64,000 nucleotides of DNA from contig VHBT01000002.1 in assembly GCA_016871815.1 (NCBI GenBank), positions 17,359 to 81,358 on the forward strand, read 5' to 3'. Below are positions 19,113-27,442 of this stretch, piece by piece (within the stretch, counting starts at the first letter, position 1; each line of letters starts with the position of its first letter). The notes under the pieces were generated by a model. It made no database searches. It saw only the letters and a list, made by a program, of their open reading frames with translations, and had not been told where the DNA came from. Made by a program: the position numbers and the translations under genes. This DNA is from Candidatus Babelota bacterium. GTDB lineage: Bacteria > Babelota > Babeliae > Babelales > GCA-2401785.

Positions 19113-20087
19113 ATGAAAAAAACCTTATATTTAGCTATTTTATTTATGATAATCGGCCAAGTATGGCCAGCCAAAACAGAAGATTCATGTTCTTCAGAAA
19201 ATCCCCCAACACAAAAAGGTTCTTGGTTAATCCCCTCAATTCAAAAGGTATTATTAACTCTAGGTGGACTTTACGGACTAGCTCGCTGGACTATTACCAA
19301 AAAACAGGGCGAACTGGAATTGGCGACCTGGATCGGCGGGAAATATGCTCAATCTAAAAAAAATCCCAAGACTCAAATTGTTTTTTTTAGGGGAGTTGCT
19401 GCCGATGACCTTGACCCAGACCCATATCAAGCTGAAGTTTTATTCAGTAAATTTTTGCCCGAAAATAAGTATCGCTTTTTCGCTCCAGCATTTAAATGCC
19501 GCAGACGATTTATTTCATACGCACAAAAGTGGGATATTTTTCAGTGTAAAAAAAATTTAGAAGCTATTTTTGCTCTCAAAGAAAATGATCAAGTAAAAAC
19601 GATTGTTTTTGCTCAATGCAACGGAGCTTCTACCCTTATCGCAACTCTTTTTTCTTACCCTGAACTTGCAAACAAAATTGCTGGAATAATTTTATTTGCG
19701 CCGTACGATGATATTTCAGAAGTTGGGAATGCTCAAAAAATTCCAAAACAACTCTACTCAAAAACCATCATAAAACGTTCATTCCAAGCAGTTTGTGCGC
19801 CAAATTACTCACCTAGACAACCTACGCCATGCCAACTTATTGCCACAAAAACAGTTCGCGCAGATTTACCAATCGTGCTCGTTCATGCTGCAGACGATCA
19901 TATTATTCCATCATCAGAATATGAAAAAATACGCGACTGCTTTATGGCTCATGGATACACATGTTTTCATGCAATTCAACGAAATGTAATGGGACATCAT
20001 TCCTACCAAGTCTGGCGCGATAGTGAATCTCAAGAGTTTCAAGCTCAGCTACAAGGGATTATTCAAACGCATATGCTTAATAGTTAA
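19113..20087 (+). CDS. Alpha/beta-hydrolase paralogue with Cys in the nucleophile position
   Basis: 324 aa, collinear with 17693..18559. IVFAQCNGASTLIATLFSYPELANKIAGIILFAPY aligns to IVMGHSNGASSLIVTLCKHPELANNIAHIILLAPY, and APNYSPRQPTP to APGYSPDEKNP. Acid VHAADDHII and His in GHHSY. Confidence 0.6.
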   Translation: MKKTLYLAILFMIIGQVWPAKTEDSCSSENPPTQKGSWLIPSIQKVLLTLGGLYGLARWTITKKQGELELATWIGGKYAQSKKNPKTQIVFFRGVAADDLDPDPYQAEVLFSKFLPENKYRFFAPAFKCRRRFISYAQKWDIFQCKKNLEAIFALKENDQVKTIVFAQCNGASTLIATLFSYPELANKIAGIILFAPYDDISEVGNAQKIPKQLYSKTIIKRSFQAVCAPNYSPRQPTPCQLIATKTVRADLPIVLVHAADDHIIPSSEYEKIRDCFMAHGYTCFHAIQRNVMGHHSYQVWRDSESQEFQAQLQGIIQTHMLNS

Positions 20088-20184
20088 CACTTTTTTTTGA
20101 AAGCAAGTCCCTAAACTCCAAAATATCTGCTGGCTGACAATCTAAATGCTTACAAATACTTGCTAGAGTTGAACACTTAATCAC
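20077..20184 (-). pseudogene. Remnant of the C-terminal half of an XRE/Cro-type HTH protein
   Basis: Minus-strand translation gives (V)IKCSTLASICKHLDCQPADILEFRDLLSKKSVNY*, which matches the last helices of Cro/C1 HTH domains. The frame is closed upstream by the stop of the 482-aa gene, so the N-terminal half is absent. Confidence 0.4.
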
Positions 20185-20187
20185 CGC

Positions 20188-21636
20188 TTATTCGATATCC
20201 TTCGACCTACATTCGATCCAAAATTTTCGCTTACCTGAAAGGTTCAAATTAATCTTTTGATAAGCTATCGCATACGCAAAAACAGCTACATCAAAAGGGA
20301 ATTTATATGGCTCTAGATAATAACTACTTTTGGTAAGCCGCTCTGTAATTGTGCGCTTGCCGATCCCTAAAAACCCTTTATACCTGTACACGCAAGAGCA
20401 GCTTTTCGAATGGGTTAAATAAACGATAACCCGAGCATTCTCATCAACTCCAATTTCATTTAGACAAGCCCTATTCAAAATAATTTTATCATCAAACCAT
20501 CCGTTTTTAATTATTATTTCTGATTTTTTAGATTCAAGAGAGCAGAAAATCTGTGGCGCGAAAATTCCGAAAAAAAACGCTAATGCAATTGCTAGCGAAT
20601 ACCACACTGTTTTGAAATAGTCAGACAGCCACCATTCATTAACAGTAAAAACATCTTCCTTAAGATAGAAAAAACATCCAACAGCGACTAATACAAACAG
20701 CAGCCCTGCATATAAATAGATGTCATACAAAGATCGAACAACCAAACCATCAGATGTTTTCAAAAAATCAGATCCCATGGGAATTAATGAAGACTGAAGA
20801 AAATAAAACAAACCCGTAATTGTTAAACAAAATGTTACAAAAATTATGCCAACCCTAACAAACATACTTGGACTCAACACCACAGGCACATCTCCATCAA
20901 CCGCATGATCGGGAGAACCCTCAGTGCAATACTCTTTTTGATATACACCATGGTTCTCTTCTTCTTGCTCAGCATCCCACGATGCTTGGATTTCTCCCGA
21001 CGGCAAATTATCCACATTTAAATCTATTATTCCCGATGCAATCATATTCGCAAAAACCGCCAGCTGAAGAGGTGAAAATGATGTATCAATATCACAAAAA
21101 TCTTCTTTGAATGTTTCCGTTAGAAGCTGTTTAGAATTTATTTTTTTCAAGCAAATACAATTTTCAGTATGATTTAGCTTTACCTCAACATAAGAACCTG
21201 TACTGCTAGAAAATTCAACTGCGCAAATACATCCGGCGTCCAGCAAAATTGTATTTGCCCAAGCAGATTTAAGCTCAATCCCATTCGAATAAATCAGAGC
21301 AGAAAAATTCATTCGAGCCAAAAATGGAACTAACAAAAGCATAACAACCAGCAAAATGACACTCAGAGCAAGAACGAGTGCTACAAACTGAATGTTGGTA
21401 AAATAAAATTCTTCTTTCCAAAAAAATTTTGAAATCCAAATCATAGCCATTCCAAAAAAATAAAGTTTAAAAAAACCTATAAAATATGCTGGATAAGAAT
21501 GCCTCACTCGAATTGGACCATTTTCAATCAATACAAAATCTAATCCAAAGGGAACCCAATAATTTTTTCTGATCCAGTATGTTAATCCCAGAAAAGCTAG
21601 CAAACCAATAACAATTACTAGATACAACACGCACAA
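20188..21636 (-). CDS. Polytopic membrane protein made of two tandem copies of a novel module of about 215 aa
   Basis: 482 aa. Both halves share PIRVRHSYP / LVVRSLYD, NCICLKKI / SCSCVYRY and LAVFANMIASGIIDL / FPFDVAVFAYAIAYQKINL with the 218-aa ORF at 22679..23335. Confidence 0.7.
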   Translation of the reverse strand: MCVLYLVIVIGLLAFLGLTYWIRKNYWVPFGLDFVLIENGPIRVRHSYPAYFIGFFKLYFFGMAMIWISKFFWKEEFYFTNIQFVALVLALSVILLVVMLLLVPFLARMNFSALIYSNGIELKSAWANTILLDAGCICAVEFSSSTGSYVEVKLNHTENCICLKKINSKQLLTETFKEDFCDIDTSFSPLQLAVFANMIASGIIDLNVDNLPSGEIQASWDAEQEEENHGVYQKEYCTEGSPDHAVDGDVPVVLSPSMFVRVGIIFVTFCLTITGLFYFLQSSLIPMGSDFLKTSDGLVVRSLYDIYLYAGLLFVLVAVGCFFYLKEDVFTVNEWWLSDYFKTVWYSLAIALAFFFGIFAPQIFCSLESKKSEIIIKNGWFDDKIILNRACLNEIGVDENARVIVYLTHSKSCSCVYRYKGFLGIGKRTITERLTKSSYYLEPYKFPFDVAVFAYAIAYQKINLNLSGKRKFWIECRSKDIE

Positions 21637-21644
21637 CCCCTTAT

Positions 21645-22121
21645 TTACCTAAGTTCGTATATATTTTTTATCTCTTCAATCGAACGCTGGTGTTCGTCTA
21701 TTTTTTGCTCGAAATTGGACTGGTTTTCTTCAAGATCAAAAACCTGCTGTGCTGCCTTTCCAACAAAACAACTACAAACCCGCAAGAGACACTCAAACGA
21801 TTTTAAATAATTTAAATGCTCTAGCTCTAATTTTTTGAGCTCTTTTAATCGATCAATCTCGTTTTGCAACCATTCAATCATTACCCGCGGATCAGTTGTT
21901 TTTTCTCCGGTGATTTCATTTTTTAATGATAAAAATTTTCCCATCACTTTTGGTGGACCAATTTCAAGTTCAACTCGCTCTGGAATAGGTTCGAGCGAAC
22001 TTGAATATCTTCTCAACACAGGACTTTTGCGTGGAGCAGAAAAAGAACAAAAATTAACTGCGCAAGCAAAAAATAGTAAAAGTCTAAACCACATAGAAAT
22101 ATCTTTAATATTATTTAACAA
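21645..22121 (-). CDS. Secreted coiled-coil protein (likely start at 22094, MWFRLLLFFACAVNFCSFS)
   Basis: 158-aa ORF. A signal-like segment follows the internal Met, and the C-terminal half has heptad character (IEWLQNEIDRLKELKKLELEHLNYLK). Tightly packed in the operon. Confidence 0.55.
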   Translation of the reverse strand: MLNNIKDISMWFRLLLFFACAVNFCSFSAPRKSPVLRRYSSSLEPIPERVELEIGPPKVMGKFLSLKNEITGEKTTDPRVMIEWLQNEIDRLKELKKLELEHLNYLKSFECLLRVCSCFVGKAAQQVFDLEENQSNFEQKIDEHQRSIEEIKNIYELR

Positions 22122-22689
22122 CCGTTAAATGGAGTATCTGTAATTCAATATAATTTTCAACAAATTTTTTATGTTTTTCTCGCTCTTGTTTCCATGCAAG
22201 CATAAGTTCACCGTGACTTAACCCATGTCTATCGGATTTATTTTGCAAAAACGTTATAAATTGCCACTCTTGCTTTGGCTCATTCACAGTTTTTTTCCGC
22301 CTATCCATTTCTTCTTGCCAAAACCTTGCAAATTCCTGATACGACGGTGGATTACCCGCAAGCCAACGCTCATTAAGCCAGTCGATTCCAAACGCGGTGA
22401 AGTGAAAATGGTCCCCAATAAGTTTTTTGAAAAACAATCGAGTCGCTAAATCATTTTTGTACGCACCCTTAAGCATTAAACTATGGGGCTCAAGAGAAGA
22501 AATAATTCCTTTTTTCGCACAAGAAACAATCGGGACCTTCGGCATAGCCAACTCTTTTCCCGTTTCCAAAAAATGAATTATACGTCGCGCCAAAATACCT
22601 TTGGCTCCGACTGATGAAATATTAAGACGGACACAAAGATCTTTTAATTCGGCAACATGTAAATAAAAAATGCTTTGATTAAACAGCAT
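22111..22689 (-). CDS. SAP-like DNA-binding domain protein with a DUF6434-like C-terminal region
   Basis: 192 aa. The N-terminus FYLHVAELKDLCVRLNISSVGAKGILARRIIHFLETG fits the SAP helix-extended-helix pattern. YKNDLATRLFFKKLIGDHFHFTAFGIDWLNERW resembles the domain that accompanies SAP in bacterial proteins (recollection only). Confidence 0.5.
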   Translation of the reverse strand: MLFNQSIFYLHVAELKDLCVRLNISSVGAKGILARRIIHFLETGKELAMPKVPIVSCAKKGIISSLEPHSLMLKGAYKNDLATRLFFKKLIGDHFHFTAFGIDWLNERWLAGNPPSYQEFARFWQEEMDRRKKTVNEPKQEWQFITFLQNKSDRHGLSHGELMLAWKQEREKHKKFVENYIELQILHLTVVK

Positions 22690-23335
22690 TAAAAAGACCC
22701 TTTTTTAAACCTTGCTTACTCATATCAATTACTCCTGATGCAATAGCATAAGCAAAAATCGCAGGGTCAAAAGGAAACAAGTCTCCCGACAAAAGACATG
22801 TTTTACGATACAGCCGTTGCTCATACCAATAACTAGATTTTCGACGATTGCCTCCTATATATATATTAATATTTTTTTTACATAAACAATTCTTCAAATG
22901 CACAAATGACACCCTTATACGAAGATTCTCTCGTTGAGAATTTGGAATAAGCTCCACTGACCTAAGACACTTCCTATCAAAAAGCACCTCTAGTTTGTCT
23001 CTATCACGGACTTGTATACTTTTAGAACTCCATATCAAACTCGGTCGCGCATGTGCATCAATAAATATGAGAAACGAGAATCCCAAAAAAATAATCAATC
23101 CAAGCAATACATGAATTCGTGCCAAAATAAGACTCACAAATATGTTCCCCGCCCACACAGAGTAGACACTTCGAACACGCAAGATATTATTTTTAATCGT
23201 AAAAGACTTCCCTAAAGGAACAAAGTCTAAAAAAAGATTCCACCACATAAAAAAATTAAAAGCAAAACACAAAATAAATATCGGTAAAAAAAACTCTAAA
23301 AAGCCTTTTAGGATGCTAATGTAATTTTTGACCAT
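22679..23335 (-). CDS. Membrane protein, single copy of the novel module of about 215 aa
   Basis: 218 aa. TM helices, ILRVRSVYS, HLKNCLCKKNI and FPFDPAIFAYAIASGVIDM shared with both halves of 20188..21636. Confidence 0.7.
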   Translation of the reverse strand: MVKNYISILKGFLEFFLPIFILCFAFNFFMWWNLFLDFVPLGKSFTIKNNILRVRSVYSVWAGNIFVSLILARIHVLLGLIIFLGFSFLIFIDAHARPSLIWSSKSIQVRDRDKLEVLFDRKCLRSVELIPNSQRENLRIRVSFVHLKNCLCKKNINIYIGGNRRKSSYWYEQRLYRKTCLLSGDLFPFDPAIFAYAIASGVIDMSKQGLKKGLFNAV

Positions 23336-23467
23336 TCATATTTCCAAAAAATGAATTATACGTCGCGCCAAAATACCTTTGGCTCCGACAGATGAAATGT
23401 TAAGACGGCAACAAAGATCTTTTAATTCCGCAACATGCAAATAAAAAATGCTTTCGCCAAATAACAT
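23336..23467 (-). pseudogene. Truncated duplicate (43 codons plus stop) of the 5' end of the SAP-domain gene
   Basis: MLFGESIFYLHVAELKDLCCRLNISSVGAKGILARRIIHFLEI* compared with the N-terminus of 22111..22689. 127 bp (23341-23467) matches 22563-22689 with 12 mismatches by my count. Its TGA directly abuts the ATG of the 218-aa gene. Confidence 0.7.
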
Positions 23468-23473
23468 AAAAAG

Positions 23474-24667
23474 TTACTTTCTATCGCCAAATACTTGAGT
23501 ACAATTTTTTTGCAAGCGCTTTAAAAAAAAACTTAATTGCTCTATTTCTTCCTGACGAAATCCTTCAAAAATTTTTTGATATGTACGCTCAACAATTGGC
23601 CAAATTTGAGCTATGAAAATCTCTCCGCTAGAGGTCAAAACATATAAATCATCTTGAAAAGAAACATACTTTTCCTTTATTAGCGGTTCAACAAATGACT
23701 GTAACTCAGATTCAAGCAGCGAAATATCTCTACAAATCTGCTCTTTTGCTACACCTGACTCACAGTGCATAATCATCATGCAGATAACCTGATTTCCAGA
23801 AAACGAAGTTAACTGTCGAACTTCAAAGTCAAATGCCATGCGAATAAACATGCCCGTAACATTAACCTCTCTACCAAAATTCGTAAGTATTTTTTCTTTA
23901 AGCATAGATACAACCTGTTTAAACTTTAATTCATACATAGAAATACCAGCAAAAACTGCTGCATTAAGAGACTCAACATTCAAGTTCATGGGAACTTGAA
24001 CAGCTATATCTGCAATATTCAATAATTCATCACAGACTCCAACCGATTCATTTCCGACAATCAAAGCAATTTTTTTTTCAGAAAGCCTTATCTGAGACTG
24101 AAGTAACTTTGCATGAGGAGTCGTTACAACAATTTGATAATCATTCTGCTTTAGATACTCAATTGTTTTTAAAGCGGACTCTTTTTCAATTATAGAACTT
24201 TTAAAAACAAGTCCTCGAGATGAATCAATAATTTTGCGCTGAAAGGAATCTTGCAACATGCTTGAATATATAAATTGCTTAATTCCTAGTCCCTGTGCTG
24301 TTCGAACGATTGAGCCAATATTACCCAAATCTTGAAGTCCATCCATAACAACAACAAACTCTTCTGGTTTTAATGTATTATCTGGAATATGAACAACCGC
24401 TAAATAAGGAATAACATAAGAAGTATCACTAATTTTTTTTAAAACACCTTCAGAAACGTAGTAAATACAATTTTTATTGCATTCAAACACATCTTCCATC
24501 CCATCTAGAATAAAAATATTTTCAAAAAAAAGTTTTGCTTCAAGCGCCCATTTAATCTGTTCAACATCAAACAATAAAGCCTTTCCATGGCGCCGCCGCC
24601 CAGAAACAGAATGCAAACTTCTCGCTAATTCTACTCTAGGATCTTTAATACTCGTAATTTTCAACAT
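23474..24667 (-). CDS. SpoU/TrmH-family RNA 2'-O-methyltransferase fused to a C-terminal MarR-like winged-helix domain
   Basis: 397 aa. SpoU motifs MDGLQDLGNIGSIVRTAQGLG, LIVGNESVGV and VPMNLNVESLNAAVFAGISMYE. The last ~140 aa (FSGNQVICMMIMHCESGVAKEQICRDISLLESELQSFVEPLIKEKYVSFQDDLYVLTSSGE...FRQEEIEQLSFFLKRL) follow MarR topology. Confidence 0.65.
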   Translation of the reverse strand: MLKITSIKDPRVELARSLHSVSGRRRHGKALLFDVEQIKWALEAKLFFENIFILDGMEDVFECNKNCIYYVSEGVLKKISDTSYVIPYLAVVHIPDNTLKPEEFVVVMDGLQDLGNIGSIVRTAQGLGIKQFIYSSMLQDSFQRKIIDSSRGLVFKSSIIEKESALKTIEYLKQNDYQIVVTTPHAKLLQSQIRLSEKKIALIVGNESVGVCDELLNIADIAVQVPMNLNVESLNAAVFAGISMYELKFKQVVSMLKEKILTNFGREVNVTGMFIRMAFDFEVRQLTSFSGNQVICMMIMHCESGVAKEQICRDISLLESELQSFVEPLIKEKYVSFQDDLYVLTSSGEIFIAQIWPIVERTYQKIFEGFRQEEIEQLSFFLKRLQKNCTQVFGDRK

Positions 24668-24743
24668 TCAATAAATCTTTTTCTCACACCAAGTAAATAG
24701 CACAGAAAATATTAACTTATTATAAATAATCAAAAAAGCATTT

Positions 24744-25085
24744 TTAGTGCAACTTTTGACCATTCATAACTCGTTCATCAACACCAGCAAGACAAATAGC
24801 CCCAGAATCATCCGCAAAACCAACAAGTAAAAACTGGGAAACAAATCCCGCAATATTTTTCTCTCCAAGGTTCACACAACCGATCACTTTGCGTCCGACA
24901 AGAGTCTCTGGGGTATAATGGGCAGTAACTTGTGCTGATGTCTGCAAAACTCCAAACACTGCTCCAAAATCAACCCAGATTTTATATGCAGGTTTGCGCG
25001 CTCGCTCATTGACTTCAGCTTTGAGTACTGTGCCCGATCGAAGCTCTACTTTTTCAAAATCTTCATATGAAATAATTGCCATCAT
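24744..25085 (-). CDS. csaA: CsaA-type tRNA-binding (EMAP/OB) domain protein
   Basis: 113 aa. FEKVELRSGTVLKAEVNERARKPAYKIWVDFG...SAQVTAHYTPETLVGRKVIGCVNLGEKNIAGFVSQFLLVG closely parallels B. subtilis CsaA. Confidence 0.8.
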   Translation of the reverse strand: MMAIISYEDFEKVELRSGTVLKAEVNERARKPAYKIWVDFGAVFGVLQTSAQVTAHYTPETLVGRKVIGCVNLGEKNIAGFVSQFLLVGFADDSGAICLAGVDERVMNGQKLH

Positions 25086-25091
25086 TTATCC

Positions 25092-26471
25092 TTAAAAATC
25101 AACGCTCACGCTCGCATGCAACTGATGCACGGCAGGAACATTGACCCCATTGTGAGCATACTGGAATCCAAAATTGAAATACGGAACTATCGTTCTTGCT
25201 GAACGCACTTGATATGGATCGTATGTCAAAGTCAACCCAAAATTTCGCGAGAACCAGCGTGAAGCTTTGACCAAAGAATTTTTTGCTGTATTTCGATCTT
25301 TAAAAACAATTCCCAAATCATCATTTACTGCACGCGAGAAAACACTCAAGGATGTTGCATCTCGACGTTCGTCAAAGTATTCATCTACCGAATGCCAAAT
25401 GAATGAATAATTCAAGGTAAGATGCAAGTCATTTGAAATATTTTTAATTGTTAAAAATGGATTAAACCAATAGGTTCCACCAGGAATGATTCGAATCGAA
25501 GTCACCAATGGACTGTACGCCATCGGTTCTTCGTAGACAGGAACACGCATAATCGCAGAGCGTGTCGAGAAAAATGCAAGTCCAGAATTGAATCCAACAT
25601 GCAAATAATCTTTGAGCCCGATCTTAATATTTGACTGCAATGAAAGCCCAAAAGAATTTGCTCCAAACGGCACCGATGAAGGATATTCTGGATCTTTTTT
25701 TCCGCCAGTTGGCATCGTCAAACCAACCAAAATATTTGCATCAAGAGTCCGAAGACGTAAGTAATAATCTACATGCGTTTGCAGCCCCACGTAGCACTCA
25801 ACATCACCAAGCCCACGCTTATCCCAAACATTTTCTGCTAAACCAATTTTTTTAAATAACTGAGCTCGCAATGTTTCCAGCTTACTTTCAATAACAGGAT
25901 CAGCATTCTTAACATCAACATAGGCTGTATCTAAATTTTTATTCAAAACATACTGATTCACCGACTGAACTTGTATAAAGGGAACAGAAACACCAAAAAC
26001 AATTCCCGCGCCTTCGGCTAACCGTTTTTTTATCGATCCTTGCTCAAACTCATCCGCATATCGCTCTAACTGAATAAAATCTTTATACGCAATGGAAATC
26101 CGCTGCGAACGAAAAGAAGTGTCGGTTGAAAAGGGGATATTTTTACCCTGCCAACGAGGAATGAGCTGAAGCATCTCTGGAAGATATTCTCCATTGCCCA
26201 TTTCACGAGAATAAACGTCTGCACTTTTTGCTAAATTTTTTAAATTAATTGACTCAAAAATACCTAAATTTGTCGTAGCATCGCCATACTTAGAGTCTGA
26301 ATAACCTGCTGCTAAATGAGCAAAAATATGCCGATTCACACCAATAGATGAAAAAATATCAGGACCAAAATCGGTCAAAGAAGCATATTGAGGAACAAGA
26401 GCCCCCAATGAATTTACGAATAAACACGCTAAAAAGAGATGAAGAACAAAGAGCATCTTCTTACCAGCCAT
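25092..26471 (-). CDS. Outer-membrane beta-barrel protein (putative porin); start taken at the internal Met before the signal peptide
   Basis: The ORF track extends to 26531. MAGKKMLFVLHLFLACLFVNSLGA is the plausible signal peptide. Alternating amphipathic strands and the C-terminal ...HASVSVDF (terminal Phe) are typical of OMPs. Confidence 0.55.
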   Translation of the reverse strand: MAGKKMLFVLHLFLACLFVNSLGALVPQYASLTDFGPDIFSSIGVNRHIFAHLAAGYSDSKYGDATTNLGIFESINLKNLAKSADVYSREMGNGEYLPEMLQLIPRWQGKNIPFSTDTSFRSQRISIAYKDFIQLERYADEFEQGSIKKRLAEGAGIVFGVSVPFIQVQSVNQYVLNKNLDTAYVDVKNADPVIESKLETLRAQLFKKIGLAENVWDKRGLGDVECYVGLQTHVDYYLRLRTLDANILVGLTMPTGGKKDPEYPSSVPFGANSFGLSLQSNIKIGLKDYLHVGFNSGLAFFSTRSAIMRVPVYEEPMAYSPLVTSIRIIPGGTYWFNPFLTIKNISNDLHLTLNYSFIWHSVDEYFDERRDATSLSVFSRAVNDDLGIVFKDRNTAKNSLVKASRWFSRNFGLTLTYDPYQVRSARTIVPYFNFGFQYAHNGVNVPAVHQLHASVSVDF

Positions 26472-26647
26472 AAAAAGGAGCTTAATTTCTAAAAAAAGCT
26501 CAAAAAAAAATCCTACCGAAAGGTTACTCAAACTGCGCTATTCGTCAAGAAGCCAACAACGTTAAAAAAAATAGTTTATGTCAATAACAAGAAACTATGA
26601 TAAACTTGACCTCATCATCAAAATAAATTTTTTATTTTTAGATTTTC

Positions 26648-27421
26648 ATGAAAACCAAGATTCAATTTAGTTTTTTGCTATTTATAGCTCTTATTCTTGT
26701 CTTTTTGTACATCAAACATCGACCGCATTCTTCTCTGGACACAGGTCACCAAACCATTATTCTTGGAATTTCTGCAGACAATCCACCGTTTACGTTTTTC
26801 AAAGACGATCGTTTTCAAGGATTTGAAGTCGATGTTGCACAAGAAATCGCTTCCCGACTTGGATACAGCCTTGAAATCAAAGATCTTGATTTTAGCGGAC
26901 TTATCCCCGCAGTAAAAAACAACGTCATAGATTTTTCTATTTCAAGCTTTAACATCACGCCAGAACGAAAACGTAACATTGATTTTTCTATTCCATACTA
27001 CGAAAGCATGCCAACGGTTATCGGAAATGATTCTTACAAAACAGAAGTCGACCTTCAGGGCATCACCGTTGGCGTTCAACTCGGATCTGTTTGGGAGACT
27101 TTTGCAAAACAACTTGCTCAAACAAATCCAACCCTCACCGTATCTGGTTTCCATCGCATTAACCAAATGGTACAAGAGCTCTCTCAAGAAACAATAAATG
27201 CCATTTTAATCGATGCTGAAGTTGCAAAAAAAATCGCCAAAAACAATCCAAAATGGACCTTAAGCACCCTTAAATCAGCGAGCGAAAATAACCAGTATGG
27301 AATTATCTTCAAACCAAACTCTCCACTCGTTGAAAGCTTTAATAATACACTTCAAGAAATGAAAACCGATGGAATGCTCAATAAACTTACAGAAAAATGG
27401 TTTACTGTATCCGAACAATAA
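26648..27421 (+). CDS. Polar amino-acid ABC transporter, substrate-binding protein (family 3)
   Basis: 257 aa. Signal anchor, then ILGISADNPPFTFF...GFEVDVAQEIASRLG...DFSISSFNITPERKRNIDFSIPYY, typical of HisJ/GlnH-type binding proteins. Confidence 0.8.
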   Translation: MKTKIQFSFLLFIALILVFLYIKHRPHSSLDTGHQTIILGISADNPPFTFFKDDRFQGFEVDVAQEIASRLGYSLEIKDLDFSGLIPAVKNNVIDFSISSFNITPERKRNIDFSIPYYESMPTVIGNDSYKTEVDLQGITVGVQLGSVWETFAKQLAQTNPTLTVSGFHRINQMVQELSQETINAILIDAEVAKKIAKNNPKWTLSTLKSASENNQYGIIFKPNSPLVESFNNTLQEMKTDGMLNKLTEKWFTVSEQ

Positions 27422-27442
27422 AATTTTAAACCCCCGAAAACA

